Of a stretch of DNA of 41,713 nucleotides, positions 1-10,818 are shown one piece after another. Under the pieces are notes generated by a model, which had not been told where the DNA came from, ran no database searches, and saw nothing but the letters and a program-made list of their open reading frames with translations. Position 1 is the stretch's first letter. Each line of letters starts with the position of its first letter. The stretch is from Chiloscyllium plagiosum. Taxonomy: Eukaryota. Location: contig NC_057728.1 of the NCBI RefSeq assembly GCF_004010195.1, forward strand, positions 51,233,464 to 51,275,176. The letters run 5' to 3'. The translations under genes were made by a program, and so were the position numbers.

Positions 1-318
1 CCGACAGTGCGGCACTCCCTCAGCACTGACCCTCCGACAGTGCGGCACTCCCTCAGTATTGACCCTCCCGACAGTGCGGCACTCCCTCAGTACTGACCCT
101 CCCGACAGTGCGGCACTCCCTCAGTACTGACCCTCCCGACAGTGCGGCACTCCCTCTGCACTGACCCTCCCGACAGTGCGGCACTCTCTCAGTATTGACC
201 CTCCGACAGTGTGGCGCTCCCTCAGCACTGACCCTCCGACAGTGCGGCACTCCCTCAGTACTGACCCTCCGACAGTCCGGCACTCCCTCAGTACTGACCC
301 TCCCGACAGTGCGGCACT
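1..318. repeat. 33-34 bp minisatellite (unit CCGACAGTGCGGCACTCCCTCAG[C/T]ACTGACCCT), about 9.5 copies, in PWP1 intron 1; runs off the window edge
   Basis: Head-to-tail tandem copies visible directly, with no unique spacers; same unit recurs at 27850-28140. Confidence 0.95.
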
Positions 319-338
319 GCCTTTACCCGATTCCTGAC

Positions 339-404
339 CTTGTCCGGGGTTTCCTTGGCCACCCCGCGGGGGACCCAGCTAACACACGGGCTCAGGCTGC
401 TCAT
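339..404 (-). CDS. PWP1: PWP1 (periodic tryptophan protein 1 homolog) first coding exon, MSSLSPCVSWVPRGVAKETPDK
   Basis: ATG at 404-402; the peptide matches the recalled PWP1 N-terminus (CVAWVRCGVAKETPDK); ends at AAG|GTCAGG donor; CpG-rich context; lies downstream of BTBD11 on the same strand as recalled for human. Confidence 0.9.
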
Positions 405-722
405 GCCGCTCGAAGGGACGATAGCGGCTGCAGTTGGTTTTCTTGGCGGCGGGAAAGGCCGGTGCGAACTCTCCCCAATGGCCGCGTGGCCCTCAGCGAC
501 AACAAGAGCACGCGGAACTTCCGGGAGCTCACTTCCGGCAGAAACCCCGCCTTTCCCCATTGATCCCGCCCTTCAGCTTTGGCCCCGCCCCACCACATTT
601 GTCCCGCACCGTCCGCCTGACCCCGCCACTTAGTGGGCGTTCCTGCTCTGTGATGTAATGTGTGCCCCCGCCCCGTCCGCCTGACCCCGCCCCTTAGTGG
701 GCGTTCCTGCTCTGTGATGTAA
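405..722 (-). promoter_or_regulatory. CpG-rich housekeeping-type promoter/5'UTR of PWP1 with ETS-like CCGGAAG motifs and several GC boxes
   Basis: High CpG density relative to the rest of the window; CTTCCGG twice at about 518-538; multiple CCCCGCC motifs at 545-695. Confidence 0.75.
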
Positions 723-749
723 AGTCTGATCTCAGTGTTGGTTCCTGGT

Positions 750-1170
750 TGAAGGAGCATACCCACCATCTACAAGGGACGGTGCAGACTGAGATGGAAT
801 TCTCACCACCTGCCTGGATGAATGCAGACCCAACAACACTCAAGAAGCTGGACAACGCAGCCCGCTTTATTGGCACCACATCCACAAACATTCACTCCCT
901 CCACCACTCAGTAGCAGCAGTGTGTACCATCCAAAAGATTCACTGCAGAAAATCATCAGGATTCCATCAAACATCTTCCTAACCCGAAGCCTTCACCATA
1001 ATCACGGATACATGGGAATTCCATCCCCTTGTAAGCTCCCCTTCAAGTTTACACACCATCCTGACTTGGAACTGTATCCCTATTACAACTTTGTCACCGG
1101 GTCCTGAAACTTTCTCCCTAACAGCACTGTGTTTATACTTAAAACACATGGACTGCAGCTAGGCTAGCAT
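750..1170 (+). mobile_element. Decayed 3' fragment of a non-LTR retroelement (same family as 28452-29860)
   Basis: Collinear similarity to 29360-29760 (e.g. GATGGAATTCTCACCACCTGCCTGGATG, CCAACAACACTCAAGAAGCT). Confidence 0.7.
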
Positions 1171-1364
1171 CTACTTCCATCTATTGTTGCCCTTGAGAAG
1201 GTAACAGTGAGCCACTAAGTCAAAAAAATGTGTGGGGAACCTCCAGATAATGGTATTCTGATTTATTTGATGCCCTTGACCTTCTCTGTGGTAAAGATCA
1301 TGGGTTTGGAACATTATTATCTAAGGAGCCTTGGTGTGTTGTTGCTATGCATCTTGTAAAGGAT

Positions 1365-1592
1365 GATGTGGAGGTTCCGGTGTTTGACTGGGGTGGACAA
1401 AGTTAGAAATCACACAATACCAGGTTATAGTACTACAGTTTAATTTGGAAGCACTAGGTTTCGGAGCACTGCTCCTTCATCAGGTGGTTGTGGAGCTCTA
1501 CAGCTACCTGATGAAGGAGCAGCGCTCAGAAGCTAGTGCTTCCAAATAAACCTGGTGGACTATAACCTGGTGTTGCGTGATTTTTAACTTTC
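1365..1592. mobile_element. Inverted pair of Penelope-like pseudo-LTR fragments (family B) with hammerhead-like cores
   Basis: Arms about 1400-1497 and 1498-1591 are reverse complements; minus core CTGATGA-A-GGAGC-AGT-GCTCC-GAAA at 1455-1483; diverged flanking repeat TCTTGTAAAGGAT/TCTTGTACATGAT. Confidence 0.7.
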
Positions 1593-1994
1593 TTGTACAT
1601 GATTCAAACTGCAGCCACTGGTGGTGAAGACAGGAAATGTTTAGTCTACATGAAATATCAATCAAACAGGATTATTTGTCCAGATGATGTCAAACTTCAT
1701 GTAAGTCGAGAGTATTCTATCACACTACTGACTTGTGCCTTGTTGGAGAGGATTTGGGGAGTCAGGAAATGAGTTAATTGCTGCAGAATTCCGAGACTCT
1801 GACCTGCTGTTGCTGTCACTTGTATGGTTGGTTAGTTTCAGTTATTGGTTAATGGTATTATCTCAAGATATACAGGTTATCCAGGAATGGTATCTGTTGA
1901 ATGTCAAAGGGCAATGGTTGGATTCTTTCACTGGAGATGGTCATTGCCTGGCACTTTTACAGTGAGAATTCTACTTGTCATTAATCAATCTAAA

Positions 1995-4268
1995 CAAGGT
2001 ATAGCTGTGTTAAGAGACTGAGTTCTTCAGTACCTGATCCAAAGAAAGGGAGTTCATAGAATGCTTACATGATGGCTTTTTGGAACAGGTTGTGATGGAG
2101 TCCCCAAGGGAGCAGGCTATTCCGGACTTAGTGCTATGTAATGAGCCAGACTTTATAAAAGATCTTGAAGTAAGGGAACACTTGGGAGGCAGCGATCATA
2201 ATATGGTAGAGATTAGTCTGCAGTTTGAAAGAGAGAAGGCAAAATTGTGGTAGGGATTAGACAGCCATGGCTGATAAAGGAACTCAGGAAATGTATCATG
2301 GAAAATGTCAGAGCCTATAAAGTGGCCAAGAGCACTGGGAAATCAGAAGATTTGGAAGACTCCAAAAACAAACAGAGGATAACAAAGAGAGAAATAAGGA
2401 AGGAGAGAATCAAATATAAAGGTAAGCTAGCCAGTAATATTAGAACTGATAGTAAAAGTTTCATTCAACAGATAAGAAACAAACGAGACACAAAAGTCAA
2501 AATTGGGCTGCTCCAAGTTGATGCAGGAAGGCTAGTGATGGGAGAAATAGCTGACGAACTTAATACTTTCTATCAGTTCACAGTGGAAGACATGAGTAAT
2601 ATCCCAACAATTAAGGAGAGTCAAGGGGCAGAGATGCATATGGTAGCCATTACAAAAGAGAAAGTGCTAGAATAGCTAAAAGGTCTAAAAATTGATAAAT
2701 CTCCTGGCCCTGATGAGCTACATCCTAGAGTTCTGAGGGAGATGGACAAAGAAATAGCAGAGGCGTTGGTTGTAATCTTTCAAAAATCACTGGAGTCAGG
2801 GAAAGTCCCAGGTGATTGGAAAATCGCTGTTGTAACCCCCTTGTTCAAGAAAGGATCAAGACAAAAATGGAAAATTATAGACCGATTGGTCTAACCTCAA
2901 TTGTTGGTAAAATTCTAGAATCCATCGTGAAGGATGAGATTTCTAAATTCTTGGAAGTGCAGGGTCGGATTAGAACAAATCAGCATGGATTTAGTAAGGG
3001 GAGGTCGTGCCTGACAAACCTGTTAGAATTCTTTGAAGAGGTAACAAGTAGGTTAGACCAGGGAAACCCAGTGGATGTTATCTACCTAGATTTCCAAAAG
3101 GCCTTTGATAAGGTGCCTCACGGGAGGCTGCTGAGTAAGGTGAGGGCCCATGGTGTTCGAGGTGAGCTACTGGCATGGATTGAGGATTGGCTGTCTGACA
3201 GAAGGCAGAGAGTTGGGATAAAAGGTTCTTTTTCGGAATGGCAGCCGGTGACAAGTGGTGTCCCGCAGGGTTCAGTGTAGGGGCCACAGCTCTTCACTTT
3301 ATATATTAATGATCTGGATGAAGGGACTGGGGGCATTCTGGCGAAGTTTGCTGATATACGAAGTTAGGTGGACAGGCAGGTAGTTCTGAGGAGGTGGGAG
3401 GTTTCAGAAAGATTTAGACAGTTTAGGAGAGTGGTACAAGAAATGGCTGATGAAATTCAATGTGAGCAAATGTGAGGTCTTGCACTTTGGAAAAAGGAAT
3501 ACAGGCATGCACTATTTTCTAAATGGTGAGAAAATTCATAAGGCCAAAGTACAAAGGGATCTGAGAGTGCTCGTCCAGGATTCTCTAAAGGTTGACTTGC
3601 ACGTTGAGTCCATGATTAAGAAAGCGAGTGTAATGTTGTCATTTACCCCAAGAGGGTTGGTTTATAAAAGCAGCGATGTGCTTCTGAGACTTTATAAAGC
3701 TCTAGTTAAGCCCCATTTAGGGTACTGCATCCAATTCTGGGCCCCAAACCTCAGAAAGGACATACTGGCACTGGAGTGTGCCCGGCAGAGATTCACACGG
3801 ATGATCCCCGGAAGGGTAGGCCTAACATACGATGAACGGCTGAGGATCCTGGGATTATATTCATTAGAGTTTAGAAAGTTGAGGGGATATCTAATAGAAA
3901 CTTACAAGATGACGCATGACTGAGAAAGGATGGTCGCTGGGAATTTGTTTCCATCAGGCGGGGATACTAGGACCCGTGGGCACAACCTTAGAATTAGAGG
4001 GGCTCAACTTAGATCGGAAATTAGGATATACTTCTTCAGCCAGAGAGTGGTGGGGCCTGTGGAGTTCATTGCCACGGAGCACAGTGGAGGCCAGGACGTT
4101 AAATGTCTTCATGGCAGAGATTGATAAATTCTTGATCTCCCAAGGAATTAAGGGATATGGGGAGAATGTGGGTAAGTGGCGTTGAAATGCCCATCTGCCA
4201 TGATTGAATGGCGGAGTGGAGTCAATGGGTTGAATGGCCTTATTTCCGCTCCTATGTCTTATGTCTTA
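1995..4268 (+). mobile_element. CR1-type LINE, 5'-truncated, ORF2 (RT) broken by stops and frameshifts
   Basis: ORF pieces NYRPIGLTS, QHGFSKGRSCLTNL, YLDFQKAFDKVPH, SGVPQGSV, MKFNVSKC; 3' tail (TATGTCT)n near 4253-4268. Confidence 0.93.
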
Positions 4269-4269
4269 A

Positions 4270-4745
4270 ATGATGCTGAATATTATACAAGCATTAGTGA
4301 AACTTACCCACTTCTGATGGATGGAAGGTTTCAGGGATTAACACAACCCTGACTAACACATATCCTTTGGCTGAGATGATTGGCCTCTAAGAACCACAAC
4401 CATCTTCCTTTATGCCAAATATAACTCTAACCAGTGGAGATATTTCCACTGATTCTCATTAATTCCAGTTTTGCTAGGGTTCCTGATGATACACTTTGTC
4501 GAATTTTGCCTTGGTGTGAAGGGCAGTCACCCTCACCTCCCCTCTGGAATTCAGCTCTGTCCACATTTGAACCAAGGCTGTGATGAGGTCAGGAGCCAAT
4601 TGGTCCTGGTGGAACCCAAACTGGCCATCACTGAGCAGGTGCTGCTTGATAGCAGTGTTGATGATATCTTCACCACTTTACTGGTGAACAAGAGTAGACT
4701 GATGGGGCAGTAAGTGGCTGGGTTAGATTTGTGTACAGAACATAT
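4270..4745 (-). mobile_element. Decayed LINE fragment (family of 28452-29860), probably the host of the CR1 at 1995-4268
   Basis: Reverse complement resembles 28590-28800 (GGTTCCACCAGGACCA, GAGCTGAATTCCAGAGG). Confidence 0.6.
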
Positions 4746-4749
4746 CTAA

Positions 4750-5055
4750 GTTAAAAATTACACAACACTAGGTTATAGTCCAACAGGTTTATTTGGAAAC
4801 ATTAGCTTTTTGAGCAATGTTCCTTCATCAGGTAGCTAGGAGGGCAGGATCATAAGACACAAAATATATAGCACAAGATCACACTATAATGTTGTGCTAT
4901 CAATTCTGTGTCTTACAATCCTCCCCACTAGCTACCTAATGAAGAAGCAGTGCTCAGAAAGCTAGTCCTTCCAAGTAAACCTGTTGGACAATAACCTGGT
5001 GTTGTGTGATTTTTAACATTGTCCACCCCAGTCCAACAGCAGCACCACCTCATCT
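4750..5055. mobile_element. Inverted pair of Penelope-like pseudo-LTR fragments (family B), degenerate hammerhead cores
   Basis: Arms about 4750-4880 and 4890-5018 are reverse complements and match 1400-1591. Confidence 0.65.
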
Positions 5056-5354
5056 GGACACAACTAGGTGATTTTCCACATTGTTGTGGAGATGCCACTG
5101 TTGTACCTGTACTTTTTTTTGTTCACTTGTAGTTGCTGGAAGGACCAACATTTATTGCCCATCCCTAGTTCCCCTTGAGGTGGTGGTGGTGGTAAGTGGT
5201 CTTCTTGAACCGCTACAGTCTACTTGCTGTACGAACAGCTTACCCTGGGAATTTGCAAGCTCTGGAGCACACATCGTTTGTTTAGTTGCCAGAACGTGGT
5301 CAGGTTCCAAAATACTGCCCTTCCCAGCAGCACTCATATGCTTTCAAATAATAC

Positions 5355-5740
5355 AGTATTACAATCGTCATTTATAAGCCCCTTCCACAACATCAGGATG
5401 TCGCAAAGTATTTTCCAGACAATAAAGTACTCTGGATGCGTTGTCAGTGTTGTAGAAAATGCAGTAACCAAATTGCACAGAACAAGCCTGAGCAAGCAAC
5501 AGTGTAATAACCATATGAACTGTTTTGTGATGTTGACTGAAGAAAAAATATTGAGCTATGGCATAAATATTCCACTATAGAGAACTCTCTGCTCTTCAGA
5601 AGAAGAGTATCAGGAGATCCTTTAGGTTCTGAGAACAAAAGGGCCTCTGTTTAATATCTCATTGATGAAATGTCGCTTGTAACAATTCACTAGCCCCCAG
5701 CACTGCAGCGAGAGCGCCAGCCTCATCTCATGCTCATGTT
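5355..5740 (-). mobile_element. Deu-domain SINE remnant
   Basis: Resembles the reverse complement of 37520-37860 and the recalled DeuSINE core; heavily diverged. Confidence 0.5.
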
Positions 5741-7843
5741 TTGTGGTTCATTGGATTCCATGAGATTCTGTTTTGCAGAATTCCTTTTTATGACGGTAAT
5801 GATAGGAAGCACAGGAACAGCATTTCTAGATGAGTCCAAGTTAATGGTCTTGGCAGTTACAGCTTTTGGCAACTAAAAGCACAATCTATTCTGCAACTAT
5901 TGCGCTCAAGTCAGTCAGGAATAGTCAGGGATTTGTTTTTGTTGGAGATTGTCACCTTGGTAAGTGTCTAAAGGGCAATAATCTACCTGCACTGTTGTCT
6001 TCTGGATGACTATAGTGTATAAGTGTAGGTAAAAGTGAACATTGATGCTTTAGATGATAAGACTAGGGAGTTGATGATAGGGAGCCCAAATGGAAAACTC
6101 TAAATTAATATTTTGCTTTAGGTTTCATGGTGAAGGCAACACTGGAACCATCCCAATAGTAACGGAGATCACAGAAAAGGGAAACTTAATGCAACTGTCA
6201 CCTCCTTGGGGAAAAGTACTGAGCAAACTATTGGGATTAAAGCAGACAAGTCCATAAGGCAGAGTAGCCTACATCTTGGAGTCTGAACAGAAGTGCCAGC
6301 CGAGGATAATGAATGGATAAGTTATATTCCAAATTCCCTGGATTCTAGAAAGGTTCTGGTGGACTGGGGCAAAAGTTAATGTAACATCCTTTTTCCAAAA
6401 AGGAAGAGAGGCAGAAAGTAGGAAAAAGACCTACACCAGTTGAATTTCTGTCATTGGGGAATTGTAGGATTTCATTATTTAAGGGAGAAGTCCTTTTTTA
6501 ACAGCAGAGAGCGGAGGAAGCTGGGCCGGAGTGAGTTCTGAGCAGGGAAGCTGTTGGGAAGGCAAATGATTGCTATTTAAGTGGGTGTGTTCTAGAAATT
6601 AGAGTCAGAGAGTCATAGAGATGTACAGCACAGAAACAGACCCTTCGGTCCAACACGTCCATGCCAACCAGATATCCCAATCCAATCTAGTCCCACCTGC
6701 CAGCACCCGGCCCATATCCCTCCAAACCCTTCCTATTCATATACCCATCCAGATGCCTTTTTAATGTTGCAATTGTACCAGCCTCCACCACTTTCTCTGG
6801 CAGCTCATTTCATATGCGTACCACCCACTGCATGAAAAAGTTGCCCCTTAGGTCTCATTTATATTTTTCTCTTCTCACCCTAAACCTATGCCCTTGAGTT
6901 CTGGACTCCTCCACCCCAGGGAAAAGACCTTGCCTATTTACCCTATTCATAATTTTCTAAACCTCTATAAGATCACCCCTCAGCCTCTGACGCACCTGGA
7001 AAAACAGCTCCAGTCTATTCAGCCTCTCCCTATAGCTCAAATCCTCCAACCCTGGCAACATCCTTATAAATGTTTTCTGAACCCTTTCAAGTTTCACAAC
7101 ATCCTTCCGATAGGACGACCAGAATTGCATGCAATATTCCAAAAATATCCTAACCAATGTTCTGACATGATATAACATGACCTCCCAACTCCTGTACTCA
7201 ATACTCATACCAAGCGCCTTCTTCACTATCCTATCTACCTGCGACTCCACTTTCAAGGAGCTATGAACCTGCACTCCCAGGTCTCTTTGTTCAGCAACAC
7301 TCCCTAGAACCTTAAGTGTATAAATCCTGCTAAGATTTGCTTTCCTAAAATGCAGCACCTCAGCCCATTGGCCCATCTGATCAAAATCCCATTGTAATCT
7401 GAGGTAACCTTCTTCGCTGTCCACTACACCTCCAATTTTGGTGTCATCTGCAACCAAACTTTACAAACTGTACCTCTTAAGCTCACATCCAAATCACTCA
7501 TACAAATGATGTAAAGTAGAGGACCCAGCACTGATCCTTCTGGCACTCCACTGGTCACAAGCTTCCAATCTGAAAAACAACTCTCCACCACCACCCTGTC
7601 TTTATCTTTGAGCCAGTTCTGTATCCAAATGGCTAGTTCTCCCTGTATTCCATGAGATATAACCTTGTTAACCAGTCTCCTATGGGGAACCTTGTCGAAC
7701 GCCTTACAGAAATCCATATAGATCAGGTCTACCGCATTGCCGGCTTCAATCCTTTTTGTTACTTCTTCAAAAAACTCAATCAGGTTTGTGAGACATGATT
7801 CCCCACGCACAAAGCCATGTTGATTGTCCCTAATCAGTCCTTG

Positions 7844-8067
7844 AGGAGAAAGTGAGGTCTGCAGATGCTGGAGATCAGAGCTGGAAATGTGTTGCTGGAA
7901 AAGCGCAGCAGGTCAGGCAGCATCCAAGGAACAGGAGAATCGACGTTTCGGGCATAAGCCCTTCTTCAGGAATCATTCCTGAAGAAGGGCTTATGCCCAA
8001 AACGTCGATTCTCCTGTTCCCTGGATGCTGCCTGACCTGCTGCGCTTTTCCAGCAACACATTTCCAG
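7844..8067. mobile_element. Palindromic Penelope pseudo-LTR insertion (family A) with 16-bp target-site duplication
   Basis: CCCTAATCAGTCCTTG at 7828-7843 and 8068-8083; 94-bp arms 7880-7973 and 7975-8068; sequence matches the 3' end of the PLE at 33830-33957. Confidence 0.9.
7942..7969 (-). ncRNA. Minimal type I hammerhead ribozyme core (PLE-associated)
   Basis: Minus strand CTGAAGA-A-GGGC-TTAT-GCCC-GAAAC-GTC; palindromic ACGT helix III; helix I pairing is weak. Confidence 0.65.
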
Positions 8068-9299
8068 CCCTAATCAGTCCTTGCCTTTCCAAATACATGT
8101 ACATCCTGTCCCTCAGGATTCCCTCCAACAACCTGCCCACTACCGATGTCAGGCTCACTGGTCTCTAGTTCCCTGGCTTGTCCTTACCACCTTTCTTAAA
8201 TAATGGTACCACGTTAGCAAACTTCCAGTCTTCTGACACAAATATCTCAGCAAGAGGCCCAGTAATCACTTTGCGAGCTTCCCACAGAGTTCTCGGGTAC
8301 ACCTGATCAGGTCCTGGGGATTTATCCACTTTTATGCATTTCAAGACATCCAGCACTTCCTCCTCTATAATATGGACATTTTTCAAGATGTTACCATCTA
8401 TTTCCCTATATTCTATATCTTCCATGTCCTTTTCGACAGTAAATACTGATGCAAAATACTCGTTTAGTATTTCCCCCACCTCCAGCAGCTCCACACCAAG
8501 GCCACCTTGCTGATCTTTGAGGGGCCCTATTCCCTCCCTAGTTACCCTTTTGAGCTTGATGTATTTGTAAAAACTCTTTGGATTCTCCTTAACTCTATTT
8601 GCCAAAATTATCTCATGTCCCCTTTTTGCCCTCCTGATTCTCCTCTTAAGTATACTCCTACTGCTTTTATACTCTTCTAAGGATTCACACGCTCTATCCT
8701 GTCTACACCTGACGTATGCGTTCTTCTTTTTCTTAGCTAAACCCTCAATTTCTTTATAGGTGCAAGGTACTGGACAGAAATTGGCTGACATGCAGAAGAG
8801 AGAGAGTAGGGAAATAGGGGTCTTTTTCAGGATGGCATCTCGTGACTAGTGGAGTTCCACACAGATCAGTGTTGGGACAATTATTCACGTTATAAAAAAT
8901 AGGAGCAGGAGTAAGCCATCTGGCCCATCAAGCCTCGTTCAATAAAACAATGGTTCATCTTTTCATGCACTCAGTTCCACATACCTGCCCGCTCACCATA
9001 ACCCTTAATTCCTTGACTGTTCAAAAATCTATCTTTGCTTAAAAAAACATACCTTAACATTCTGGACAAAGAAACTCAGGGCATTGTTGCTATGTTTATG
9101 GATGACACAAAGATAGTTGGAAGGATAGGCAGTGCTGAGGAAGCGGGGAGGCTGCAGAAGGACTTGGACAGGCTGGGAGAGTGGGCAAAGAAGTGGCAGC
9201 TCAAACACAATGTGGAAAAGCATGCAGTTCTGCACTTTGGAATAAGAATGGGCCTACTAAAACCAAACGCGAGAAATTAAATGGGGGTTGACTGTAGTA

Positions 9300-9520
9300 C
9301 AATAGAACCTCCATACCCGCAGATTCGGTTTCCACAGTTTCAGTAATCCTCGGTTTATTGCAGCCCAAAAATATTACGTGGAACATTCCAGGAATAATTC
9401 CAGGGCCCTGCCGGAGAGGTAAACTTCCCATTTAAATGATAGGGTTTGCTACTATCTGTGGTTTCAGGCATCCATGGTAGATCTTTGAACGTATCACCCG
9501 CAGATACAGGGGGATACCTG
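9300..9520. mobile_element. Tc1/mariner-pogo (Tigger-like) MITE
   Basis: TA on both flanks (9298-9299, 9521-9522); imperfect TIRs CAATAGAACCTCCATACCCGCAG / CCGCAGATACAGGGGGATACCTG; resembles recalled MER8/Tigger2 ends. Confidence 0.65.
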
Positions 9521-9914
9521 TAACAGGAGAGTGTAGGAAATTCTCAGAAAATAATTTACCAGGAATGGGCAATAAAACTCTAGAGGTAGTGCAAGTGAAG
9601 GCTGTTCTTTTGGAACCCTCAGAAAGGCAGAAATGAGTCAGGACAATCAAAGGAATTCCTGTGGGATTATTCAGAAAGAGAACCAGATCACTGGAGGCTC
9701 TGAATATTTTATTTCAAATGGAGCAGACTCACTCTCTAATTGCACACATTTAGCGGCTCTGTCACGGGCTGCAGTTCCTGCATTTCCAAAAATAATCTCA
9801 CGAGTACAGTCAAAACAGAAGGTGCTCTTCACTCTGAGATCTAACAAATGAAACAAACCAAGTGCATTGGTGAACCCACAGCTCAGCTCCTGGGAGCTGT
9901 GAATTGAGAACTTG

Positions 9915-10300
9915 TTCTTTCATGGGATGTGGGTATCACTGGCAAGACCAGAACTTGTTGCCCATCCCTAATTGCCCTTGAACTGTGTGGCAATCCTGGG
10001 GCATGCCAGAGGACAGTTAAGAGTCATCTTGTGGGTTTGGAGTCACATGTAGACTAGACCAGGTAAAGACCCAAAGCACATTAGTGAACCGGATGGATTT
10101 TTACAATAATCGATGATAGTTTTGCGCTCAACATCATGGAGACTAGCATTTCAAATCCAGATTTATTAAATAATTTTTATTAATTGATTGAATCCACATT
10201 CCATCAGAGCCATGGTGGGATTTGAACCAGTGACGGCACAACGTCAGCCTGGGCCTCTGGATTACTAGTCCAGTGACCTTACTATCATACCACTACCTCC
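9915..10300 (-). mobile_element. tRNA-head SINE with LINE-shared 3' tail
   Basis: Minus head GGAGGTAGTGGTATGATAGTAAGGTCACTGGACTAGTAATCCAGAGGCCCAGG with B-box-like GGTTCAAATCCC; tail GGGATGGGCAA shared with 29790-29850; related copies near 20583, 22850-23355, 34620 and 40850. Confidence 0.65.
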
Positions 10301-10818
10301 TTCGATTTGTGCTGAGCTGGTCTAGGCTGGTGCATGGTTCGGAGTCCAGAGGAAACACTTCAATTTCTGAATATTCATCCTTCACTTATAAACCACCTCA
10401 TGCACAGAACGTGCAAAACTGCCAAACACTTCCTGACTTGTCCTGACCGCCATCCCTCTCTTTCTCGGCAATGGCTTCACAGTGAATATGAAACAGGTTA
10501 AGAGATAGACCGCTGTGTCCAAGACAAGGTCTAATCCCTTGTTGCTGCACCAAACTGTTGTTAAGTGCTTGTTTCTTCAGGAGCTGAGTAAATGTGCTTT
10601 TGCTGGCTTTGAATCTAAAGGAGATTGATGGGGGACCTTGGAGAGACACTTGGAGTATGTTGTACAGAGTGAAAGGGAGAGCACAGAGGGCTGCAATGGA
10701 ACCCATCCCAATTCTGTTACTTGCTCCCACACCTCTTAGCAAGATGCAGTTACTTTTCATCAGACCCGAAGCTTAAACGACAATGTCTGAAACCAAACAG
10801 GTCAACGATATGCCTGGG

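Larger units (their letters stand above)
6600..8757 (-). mobile_element. CR1-type LINE, 5'-truncated and decayed, interrupted by the insertion at 7844-8067
   Basis: Minus ORFs with KSPGPDQVYPR, SCLTNLIEFFEEV, YMDFCKAFDKVPH, ADDTKIGG; 3' tail (ATGACTCT)-like at 6600-6620. Confidence 0.93.

Noticed and set aside
1..318. CRISPR-like array (about 33-bp period with an internal palindrome), also 27850-28140
   Set aside because: Units are directly adjacent with no unique spacers, there are no cas genes, and the context is a vertebrate intron
288..560. 90-aa ORF as a complete protein
   Set aside because: Only 404-339 matches PWP1; the rest is 5'UTR/promoter and intron read-through
2247..3923. Active reverse transcriptase gene
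   Set aside because: In-frame stops (e.g. after KEKVLE and GVPQGSV), frameshifts and 5' truncation
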